From: Anaerolineae bacterium
Lineage (GTDB): Bacteria > Chloroflexota > Anaerolineae > Anaerolineales > UBA4823
Assembly: GCA_037439525.1 (NCBI GenBank)
Contig: JBBIVW010000002.1
Span: 331,650 to 395,649, forward strand
Direction of reading: 5' to 3'
Length of the DNA stretch: 64,000 nt
Each line of letters starts with the position of its first letter. Within the stretch, counting starts at the first letter, position 1. Made by a program: the position numbers and the translations under genes. Shown here one piece after another: positions 36,007 to 43,710 of this stretch. The notes under the pieces were generated by a model that was not told where the DNA came from, ran no database searches, and saw nothing but the letters and a program-made list of their open reading frames with translations.

Positions 36007-37614
36007 TTATTTCTCTTTGAGATGAAAGATGGTCTCCGCGTACGCGGAGCGATTTTTTTCTACACGATTGAGCACTGGACGTTTGAATTGTTGCACGATA
36101 TACATCCCGGCCAGCGCAGCGATATCCGCGTATAGTTGGAATTTGTCGTTTGCTACTAGAAAAACATCGTAATCCTGCTGAAGGTATCTTTTACAATTCC
36201 GCAGAACCTCTGCTATTCCCTGAATATAGGAAGCGCGCGCATCCTTCCCCTGGCCGCGGTACAGGGGGCCGATCTCCAGTTCATCTCTCCGTTCAAAACC
36301 AAAAAGCTCATAGGCATAGGCATGTTGTTCGTGGTAGTTAATCAGCCCAACATAAGGAGGGCTGGAAAAGATGCCCCGAATCTTTTGCCTGGCGACTAAT
36401 TCGGCAAGGTGTGGATGCTTTTTCTTGAGCCCTTCCACGATATCCAGTGTGCGGCTATCACCAGTGAGGCAGATTTGGTACGTGTTTGTGCGTAGTTTAT
36501 CGAATTCTCGCAAGCGATTGAGCGTATCTAAGGAATATCGTTTCCACCACGAGGTGACGGAGAAAAGAGGTTTGCAGATTTTGCCGTGTTTTCGGCAATA
36601 ATAAGGCTGGATCATGGGCTCTTTGAGCGTGGCAAGGTCGGCGTGTGTTGTCGCGCGACAAGAGCGCGCGGTGCGGCTGAGAATGATTGCCAACACTTTT
36701 TTGATTTCGGCATCTTCCACCTGCCTGATTTCGTTGAATAGAAATTCGATTTCTTCCCGTACCGGTGCCAAATACCATATATCCAGAAACCCTTGCGTTT
36801 GCTTTTCCTGTGTCAGTTGGATGCGATATTTGTGGATGAGTTCTTGGTATATTGGGAGAAACTCCCTTGCTTTCTGCTCGCCATACTCCATTTCTTTGAT
36901 CTGACCTTGGCGCACTTTTTGCTTGTACGCCGGGGAAGGGAAGAATTCACTATTAAAGCGATTGAGTTCTTCCAGAAGGTGTGCCTCAAACGCAAGGTGC
37001 ATCTTCGTGCTCTGGAATTGAGCCAGCCGCTGGTTCAGCTTTTTGATTTCTACGAGCAGCCCAGGAAGGTCATGTTTTCGGATTTTTACATTGCTGATCA
37101 TGACATTGAAAGCAGAAATGTCAATTCCAATCGCATGCAACCCCAACTCATTCGCCTGAACCAAAGTGGTGCCACTGCCACAGAATGGATCGAGGACGAT
37201 GTCGCCTGGATGGAAAAAGACCTGTTGTTTAAATTCGTCAGTATGCTCATCCAAGAAGTATTCTACAAGTTGCGGAATGAATTTACCCTTATAAGGGTGT
37301 AGGCGATGAACGTGCTTTGTCCTTTCGGATTCTTTATACTCGATGAAAGAAAGTCGCCAATTCAGGTCGTGTCCTAAAACCTGCTTCCATTGCTTTTCTT
37401 TCGATGAAGAGTCGTAGTACCTTTTTAGCTCCTCTAAGTCCACGCGTACCCCTGTGGGCGTCGGATGTTTGTGAAGATGCCCGTATTGCAACAGGTATGA
37501 GATATTCGCCGGGGTAATCGGGCGCTGGAGGTATTGAGAAGCCCAACGGCTGGCTTCTTTGAGGTCCACCAGCCTAGTTTGATCTTCATCGAGGAGAGAA
37601 AGCTGTTTTGCCAT
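36007..37614 (-). CDS. DNA methyltransferase (amino-methyltransferase, N4-C or N6-A), alpha-like motif order
   Basis: 'HRLHPYKGKFIPQL' plus motif I 'VLDPFCGSGTT' (aa 141-150), and motif IV 'SSPPY' (aa 417-421), with about 270 aa between them. Confidence 0.85.
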   Translation of the reverse strand: MAKQLSLLDEDQTRLVDLKEASRWASQYLQRPITPANISYLLQYGHLHKHPTPTGVRVDLEELKRYYDSSSKEKQWKQVLGHDLNWRLSFIEYKESERTKHVHRLHPYKGKFIPQLVEYFLDEHTDEFKQQVFFHPGDIVLDPFCGSGTTLVQANELGLHAIGIDISAFNVMISNVKIRKHDLPGLLVEIKKLNQRLAQFQSTKMHLAFEAHLLEELNRFNSEFFPSPAYKQKVRQGQIKEMEYGEQKAREFLPIYQELIHKYRIQLTQEKQTQGFLDIWYLAPVREEIEFLFNEIRQVEDAEIKKVLAIILSRTARSCRATTHADLATLKEPMIQPYYCRKHGKICKPLFSVTSWWKRYSLDTLNRLREFDKLRTNTYQICLTGDSRTLDIVEGLKKKHPHLAELVARQKIRGIFSSPPYVGLINYHEQHAYAYELFGFERRDELEIGPLYRGQGKDARASYIQGIAEVLRNCKRYLQQDYDVFLVANDKFQLYADIAALAGMYIVQQFKRPVLNRVEKNRSAYAETIFHLKEK

Positions 37615-37682
37615 GGTTTAGCGAGTGAAAGATGCATGTCCGTGTATGCTGATTAGAAACATCTCCATTCTACCAGAAGCGT

Positions 37683-39569
37683 CTAAGCTGTACGATTAGC
37701 GGGGAGGATTTCAATCCGATGTGTACCGCCATGGTGCGCCGGGAGGTAGCTAAGCACCTGCTGGTCGAGGTCGTAATGATAGCTTCCATCTGAAAGACGC
37801 AAACGGAAACCTTGTGGGTATTGGAATTTGGGCACGAAGATCAGCGTGGGTGCGTCAACGGAAATGTCCTCTTCGAAGGTGAATACAAAACGCCTGGTCC
37901 AGGAGTTGAAGGAAGCGTGCAATGGTTCTCCCGCTGTCGCTAGGGCATACGGGCGCAGGCAAGCCTCCAGAGCACGCCCGCCGGAATACATATCTCCAGG
38001 GCTTTTATGCTGATCGCGGCTGAAAATCGAAAAGTCTTCCCCGTTCCATTGATCGCCGCGCGCGTTGGTGTTATCCGCGGTGTAGTTCCACAAGGTGTAG
38101 CTCAGCAAATGCTCGTCCATGGCTTGCAGGGTGCGTTGCAGGGCGCGAATTTGAGGGCGAAAATCGCCACTTTGATACGCGCGCCCTTCCTGAAAATCGA
38201 ACGGGATCCCTGTCTCGCCAATCAATACTGGGATGTCTCCCAGGTGCGCTCTGGCGTGCGTTTTGAAGCTGAGCAGATGGCGAGAGATCGCCCGGCGAAT
38301 GGCGCGTTGACCGAAGATAACCCTGCGCGTGAGCTGGTCAAAGCCCAGAATGGGGGAATAGCGTTTGAGAAAAAGCGTTGCCCCATCGTACCAGTGCGGC
38401 GCGTAGACCAGACCTTCAACAAATGGCGCATCCCAGGCAGGCGCAGGATGTTCCAGGGCATGCTCGATAAAGATCAGCGCCTCGCTATGTACTTGACGAA
38501 TAGCCTGGATAAAGCGCCGGTTGAACGGCAGGTAGCCATCGCGGTTGAAATCCACCTGTGCTCCATTGACTTGCGTAAAGTAATCTGGGCGTAGTAGGGT
38601 AGGGTTGCCCTGGTCATCAAGGTGCCACACGCCATGTTCCTTCCAGATGCACTCGCGCCCTGGTAACCAGGCGCGCTTACCCTCCAGGTTGAGCCATTTG
38701 CGGCCAATGAGTTTGACACCCAAGATGCCCCGCTCCCAAATCGGCACTTCCTGCGGCAAGCCATATGCCAGGAGCATGGATTGGTACGGGCTGGGGATGG
38801 CGCCGAGTTCGATAATGGCATGGGCTTTGGACAGGTCTTGCCAGCCAAAGTAGCCAGCGAGAGGCTCGTTCATCGTGTCGTAGCCGATGACATGAGAAAA
38901 GCGCCTCAGCCTCTGAGCCACTTGTTGGAGAGCTGCGCAGTAATGCCGTTGCAAAAACTCTTGTATGGGCTCACCATCCACCTTCAGCTTTGGGGCGAAG
39001 AGGTTGCCGCCAAAGAACAGGGTGAACATGGTCGCTGCCGCCAGCTTCGTGCCGTTGGTGGGCCAGATCAGGCGAGGAGGGGGATCGCCATGGACTTGGT
39101 GAAGAAAGGCGGCGCCAGTTTGATGCAATGCAGTCAGGTCAAAACCAGCAGCTTCGAGCGTCCAGCCCGGGGCGCCATCGCCACCACAGAAACGGCTCCA
39201 AACGTCTTGATGGGGGTCGATGAATAATTTCAAGCCATAGTCATGCGCCTTGGCGACCACTGCTTCCAGGTAATCCAAATATTCCTGGTCATATTGTCCT
39301 GGTCCGGCATGTTCGATCGCTTCCCAGGTGACCAGGAAGCGCAAAAAGGTCAAGCCCCAGGCGCGTAAACGCGAAAAATGCTCATCCGCCTCTTCTAACG
39401 GAAAGGGTCGCCCAACAAAGGAAACCCGACGATGGTCGAAGAACCCATCGCTGAGATGGGTGGCGCCGTTCGGTGAGCAGGGGACTTTACTGCTACCGCC
39501 CAAATTAACGCCATGCAAAATCAGCCTTCGGCCGAATTCATCGATAAACCATGCACCTTGTGTTCGCAT
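37683..39569 (-). CDS. Glycoside hydrolase family 5 protein (glucosylceramidase/endoglycoceramidase-like), no signal peptide
   Basis: Acid/base 'GYDTMNEPLAGY', nucleophile 'VLIGETGIPF', extra C-terminal beta-domain. Confidence 0.75.
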   Translation of the reverse strand: MRTQGAWFIDEFGRRLILHGVNLGGSSKVPCSPNGATHLSDGFFDHRRVSFVGRPFPLEEADEHFSRLRAWGLTFLRFLVTWEAIEHAGPGQYDQEYLDYLEAVVAKAHDYGLKLFIDPHQDVWSRFCGGDGAPGWTLEAAGFDLTALHQTGAAFLHQVHGDPPPRLIWPTNGTKLAAATMFTLFFGGNLFAPKLKVDGEPIQEFLQRHYCAALQQVAQRLRRFSHVIGYDTMNEPLAGYFGWQDLSKAHAIIELGAIPSPYQSMLLAYGLPQEVPIWERGILGVKLIGRKWLNLEGKRAWLPGRECIWKEHGVWHLDDQGNPTLLRPDYFTQVNGAQVDFNRDGYLPFNRRFIQAIRQVHSEALIFIEHALEHPAPAWDAPFVEGLVYAPHWYDGATLFLKRYSPILGFDQLTRRVIFGQRAIRRAISRHLLSFKTHARAHLGDIPVLIGETGIPFDFQEGRAYQSGDFRPQIRALQRTLQAMDEHLLSYTLWNYTADNTNARGDQWNGEDFSIFSRDQHKSPGDMYSGGRALEACLRPYALATAGEPLHASFNSWTRRFVFTFEEDISVDAPTLIFVPKFQYPQGFRLRLSDGSYHYDLDQQVLSYLPAHHGGTHRIEILPANRTA

Positions 39570-39729
39570 CGCATGCCCTCCTGAGATCTTCCGGCTGGAC
39601 CATGTGCATACCGACAGTTGGTCTAGATATTGTGTGCCTCCTGCGGAGTACGGGTGGATTTTTTTATTGTATCATTGGGGTGGCACGGTGCATAATCCAT
39701 AATAGTACCGATGTAGGAGAAAACCGCTT

Positions 39730-40611
39730 ATGGAAAAAATTGAACTCACAGCCAGGTTGAAGTCGCAATTGAAAGCTTGGCAACGCGCCGAAATCACCGG
39801 TTACCATACCTATCTGTGGTTGGCTAACAGCATTAAAGACGAACATAACCGTCAGGTAGTGGTGCGCATCGCTCATCAGGAGATGGAGCACTATCATACG
39901 TTTCGCGCCTATACGGGCGAAGATGTCTCTCCCGATAGGATTAAAATCTGGTTCTTTTACCCGATCGCGCGCGTGCTTGGCCTGACCTTCGGCATCAAAC
40001 TTTTGGAGCAAGAGGAGGAGCGCGTGCAGCGCGCCTATGCCGAGGTGTTGAATTCCATCCCCGAAATCGCCGAAGTGGTCAGGGAAGAGGAGGAACATGA
40101 AGACAAGCTGTTGGGAATGCTGGACGAAGAGGCGCTTAAGTACGCAGGCTCTGTCGTTTTGGGCTTGAACGATGCGCTGGTGGAACTCACCGGCGCGCTG
40201 GCGGGTCTGACCCTGGCGTTCCAGAATACGCGATTGATCGCTCTGACCGGGTTGATCACGGGCATTTCTGCTTCGCTTTCCATGGCAGCTTCGGAATATC
40301 TCTCCTCCCGTGCCGAGGCTGGCGAAACCAACCCACTCAAATCCGCTGTGTACACAGGCGTGGCGTATATCTTCACGGTATTCATTCTAATCTTGCCCTA
40401 TTTGATTTTGCAAAATTATTTGCTCTGCCTGGCCTGGACTTTGGTGAATGCCATTCTGGTGATCGCGTTCTTCAACTATTATCTTTCGGTTTCCAGAGAC
40501 TTGCCGTTTAGCCGGCGCTTTGCCGAGATGGCGCTCATCAGCATGGGTGTGGCCGCTTTTTCTTTTGGGTTGGGCTTTATCATTCGGCAGTTCTTTGGTA
40601 TAGAGGTATAA
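39730..40611 (+). CDS. VIT1/CCC1-family iron/manganese transporter with N-terminal ferritin-like (rubrerythrin-type) domain
   Basis: 'AHQEMEHYHTF...EEEERVQ...EEEEHEDKL' (E-x-x-H pairs), then 'VLGLNDALVELTGALAGL' and TM helices. Confidence 0.8.
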   Translation: MEKIELTARLKSQLKAWQRAEITGYHTYLWLANSIKDEHNRQVVVRIAHQEMEHYHTFRAYTGEDVSPDRIKIWFFYPIARVLGLTFGIKLLEQEEERVQRAYAEVLNSIPEIAEVVREEEEHEDKLLGMLDEEALKYAGSVVLGLNDALVELTGALAGLTLAFQNTRLIALTGLITGISASLSMAASEYLSSRAEAGETNPLKSAVYTGVAYIFTVFILILPYLILQNYLLCLAWTLVNAILVIAFFNYYLSVSRDLPFSRRFAEMALISMGVAAFSFGLGFIIRQFFGIEV

Positions 40612-40665
40612 AAAGTGCGACTTCCTTCGATGAGTGGACGCCTCATTGTGTGTCCGAAGGTGTGT

Positions 40666-41271
40666 CTATCCTCCTTCTAACCTCAAGGCAAGCTCCTCCG
40701 CTTGCTTGAACTCCTCGGCCGTGTTTACGTTGATGAAGCTGAGCAGGTCGGGGTCATACGTTCTGATTTCATCGATTTGGAATACCCGCATGCGCGCCTG
40801 CTTGAACCAGGCATCTACGCGCCAGTGCCCCTCATCGAGGGCAGCTTGCACCAAAGGCAGGCATGTCTCCCGGCGATAGATGGCATGGAAGGGCTCCAAG
40901 CCCTGTTCGGTTTTGGGAATAACCAAGTCTGCATGGCTGGCTTCGAGGGCTGCACGTTGTGCCGTGAGCAATCTGGGGTTGATGAACGGCATGTCGCAGG
41001 CGATCACCGCTACCAGAGGGTGGCGCGCCACGCTTAGGGCAGTATATAGACCTCCTAATGCCCCACGGTTGGGGATGAGATCGGTGAAGAGAGGCAGGGT
41101 GAGAAACTGATATGCTTGTGGATTGTTGGTCGTGATGAGCAACTCATCGGCGATCGGTCCCAAGCGTGCTATGGAGCGCTGAATCAGAGCGCTGCCTAAA
41201 AAAGGCATCAGCGCTTTATCCTTTCCCATGCGTCGTGAGGCACCTCCAGCCTGAATGACGACACTGAGCAT
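40666..41271 (-). CDS. mobA: Molybdenum cofactor guanylyltransferase
   Basis: 'VIQAGGASRRMGKDKALMPF', 'GALGGLYTAL', 'ACDMPF'. Confidence 0.85.
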   Translation of the reverse strand: MLSVVIQAGGASRRMGKDKALMPFLGSALIQRSIARLGPIADELLITTNNPQAYQFLTLPLFTDLIPNRGALGGLYTALSVARHPLVAVIACDMPFINPRLLTAQRAALEASHADLVIPKTEQGLEPFHAIYRRETCLPLVQAALDEGHWRVDAWFKQARMRVFQIDEIRTYDPDLLSFINVNTAEEFKQAEELALRLEGG

Positions 41272-41361
41272 ACAAAGATTATAATAGGGAGTGGTTCATC
41301 TCTGCCTTACACCTGGGTAGGCGTAGGGCGTGCGGTTTGGTTGTGTGTTTAGGAGACTGCG

Positions 41362-42477
41362 ATGACGACAATCGGAGAGTTCCTGGATCGTCTGACTGTT
41401 GAAGGGGAGTTATATGAAAAATTGGACGATAACGCAGTGCGTTGCTATGCCTGCGGGCATCGCTGCCTGATTCGTGATGGTAGGCGCGGCATCTGCCAGG
41501 TGCGCTTCAATCGCCAAGGCAGGTTGCAGGTACCGTGGGGTTATGTCGCCGCTCTGCAAGTCGACCCCATCGAAAAGAAGCCTTTCTTCCATGTCTATCC
41601 CGGAGAAGAAGCGCTTACCTTTGGCATGTTGGGTTGCGATTTCCATTGTTCCTATTGTCAAAACTATTTCACTTCTCAGGCGATGCGCGACCCGGTTTCG
41701 GATGCCTCTATTTCTTTGGTGCGCAAGATCTCCCCCCAACAAATGATCGAGCTGGCGAAGCGCAGCCGCGCGCGCGTGATCGCCTCATCGTACAACGAGC
41801 CGTTGATCACCTCGGAATGGGCAGTGAGCATTTTCAAGCGAGCCAAAGAAGAGGGCTTCACGTGCGTGTATGTTTCCAACGGTAACGCGACCCCTGAAGC
41901 GCTTGAATACCTGCGACCTTACCTGGATGGTTTTAAAGTAGACCTGAAAACCATGCAAGATGAACAGTATCGCCAATTGGGCGGGGTCTTGCAGCATGTG
42001 CTGGATAGCATTCAGCAAGCGCATCGTGTAGGATTGTGGGTAGAGGTAGTGACTCTGGTGGTGCCGGGCTTCAATGACAGCACAGAAGAATTGATGGATG
42101 CGGCGCGCTTCATTGCCTCTGTTTCGCCGGACATCCCCTGGCATGTCACCGCATTTCATCCGGATTACAAGATGACCGATCCGCCTCCCACTTCGGTGCG
42201 CACGTTGATCCGCGCCGCGGAGATCGGTCAGGAAGCCGGGCTGCATTTTGTGTACGCCGGCAATATCCCGGGGCGTGTCGGAGAATACGAAAACACCTAT
42301 TGCCCCCATTGCGGGACGGTGCTCATCGAACGCTATAGCTATGTCATTCGAGGCTACCACCTCACCGAAAAAGGCACCTGCCCAAAGTGTCACACGCCTA
42401 TTGCTGGCTTATGGACGCATACACCCGATTCGGTGCGCTTGAGCGGGTTGGGGATGCCGCGCGTGATTGCACCATGA
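41362..42477 (+). CDS. AmmeMemoRadiSam-system-type radical SAM enzyme (PflA-like activase fold)
   Basis: 'CYACGHRCLIRDGRRGICQVR', 'DPIEKKPFFH', radical SAM 'CDFHCSYCQN', C-terminal 'CPHCG...CPKCH'. Confidence 0.8.
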   Translation: MTTIGEFLDRLTVEGELYEKLDDNAVRCYACGHRCLIRDGRRGICQVRFNRQGRLQVPWGYVAALQVDPIEKKPFFHVYPGEEALTFGMLGCDFHCSYCQNYFTSQAMRDPVSDASISLVRKISPQQMIELAKRSRARVIASSYNEPLITSEWAVSIFKRAKEEGFTCVYVSNGNATPEALEYLRPYLDGFKVDLKTMQDEQYRQLGGVLQHVLDSIQQAHRVGLWVEVVTLVVPGFNDSTEELMDAARFIASVSPDIPWHVTAFHPDYKMTDPPPTSVRTLIRAAEIGQEAGLHFVYAGNIPGRVGEYENTYCPHCGTVLIERYSYVIRGYHLTEKGTCPKCHTPIAGLWTHTPDSVRLSGLGMPRVIAP

Positions 42478-42513
42478 GACGATCGCCCCACAGCGACGAT
42501 ACCCCGCCTTCTT

Positions 42514-43539
42514 TTATCTGGTAATGGTGGCGCGAAGCACGTAGCGGTTGATCCCGCCCAAGCGATATTTGTATTCTTCGTCACCACGCATGAAGTCGAA
42601 AGTAGTGCGTTTGTGTTCGATAGCCCATTCCAACAGATGACCGAGCAGCACCCATCCGGGAGAAAGCGCGCGGTAAGCGAAGTTGAGCGCCGAGTTATAT
42701 ACCCAGATATGCCCGCCAAAGTCGAAGTTTAAGTACCCCGCAGCCTTTTCCCCCCCGAATTCTAGGAATGCCAGTTGAAGCCAACCGGCGCGAAAGGCGG
42801 CCCGTGCTGCTGCGTGCATCTGGGTGCGCATCTCTGGAGTGAGAAAGACTTCTTTTTCAGGGTCTTGTGCCATGAGGTTTAGAAACGCTTCGATTTCTGC
42901 TTCCAGGTGCTGCTCGCTCTCGACAATATACCAGCGCGCGGCAGGGTCATGTTCTTGGGCGCGGCGCATTTTGCGACGTAGTTCATGGCGCTGCTTTTTA
43001 TCCAACCCTGCCAGGTAGGCTTCCCAGGTATCGGGTAGGGGGATATAAGGACAAGGATGTAGCTTTTCTTGGACGAAACTCCAGCCGCGTGACCTGATTG
43101 CTTCTTCGAGAAGAGATAGTGATGGTGAGGTTTCCAATAGGTTGTATAGGTCGATCGACTTCCACGGGGGGGCCGCCTGCGTATCCAGAACATCGAGTAG
43201 GTGAGAAAAGAATTCGGAAGCCGCGTCCACACACACGATAAAGTCCAGATAATCGGAAATTTCGATACTTCCTAGGAACAGCAAGGAAGCCTGACCTTCG
43301 TGATCGGGGGTGAAAAAGAAAGGGGCAATGCCCATCAATTCGCCGGTTGCGCTGCGTGCTATGATTGTAAACAGGTCAGCCTGCTCCCACTCGCCACCGC
43401 CTTTTGTTTTCCACCAGGTGGTTAAATACTCATGGCGCAGGAATGGCACATGACTTGCACTGCACCGGGCATGTGCCCGATTCCAGGCTTCGCCGAGATT
43501 TTCAAATGCGTCGATCGTGCGGATAACTTCGAATTGCAT
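42514..43539 (-). CDS. GNAT/FemAB-like acetyltransferase (BioF2/CelD-like domain)
   Basis: Typical family N-terminus 'MQFEVIRTIDAFENLGEAWN', 'AAGYLNFDFGGHIWVYNSA', 'DFMRGDEEYKYRLG'. ATG 43539 is preceded by AAGGAG. Confidence 0.65.
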   Translation of the reverse strand: MQFEVIRTIDAFENLGEAWNRAHARCSASHVPFLRHEYLTTWWKTKGGGEWEQADLFTIIARSATGELMGIAPFFFTPDHEGQASLLFLGSIEISDYLDFIVCVDAASEFFSHLLDVLDTQAAPPWKSIDLYNLLETSPSLSLLEEAIRSRGWSFVQEKLHPCPYIPLPDTWEAYLAGLDKKQRHELRRKMRRAQEHDPAARWYIVESEQHLEAEIEAFLNLMAQDPEKEVFLTPEMRTQMHAAARAAFRAGWLQLAFLEFGGEKAAGYLNFDFGGHIWVYNSALNFAYRALSPGWVLLGHLLEWAIEHKRTTFDFMRGDEEYKYRLGGINRYVLRATITR

Positions 43540-43710
43540 TACACTCCTTATCGAAGACCCATGAGAAGATGGGGAAGTGGAGGTTATGGTTGTCTTGCGT
43601 GTGATTTTACCAGTATAATTCCAACCGAGCGATGAAAGGGCTTGATGGTTGTCATTTGGAGCCTCGTATCGTCGTAAGGCATAGCACAGGCTCAACCGTG
43701 CGGGTAGGGT

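Noticed and set aside
35031-37682. Direct repeats, att-like sites or IS ends flanking the restriction-modification pair
   Set aside because: Comparison of the two flanks by eye (35031-35231 against 37615-37682) showed only short chance matches (TGATTA). No integrase or transposase ORF is present.
39570-39729. yybP-ykoY (Mn2+) riboswitch upstream of the VIT1/CCC1 transporter
   Set aside because: Only a vague GGAGUA-like fragment is present. The conserved GGGGAGUAG and UUGACA…GAGACC elements are absent.
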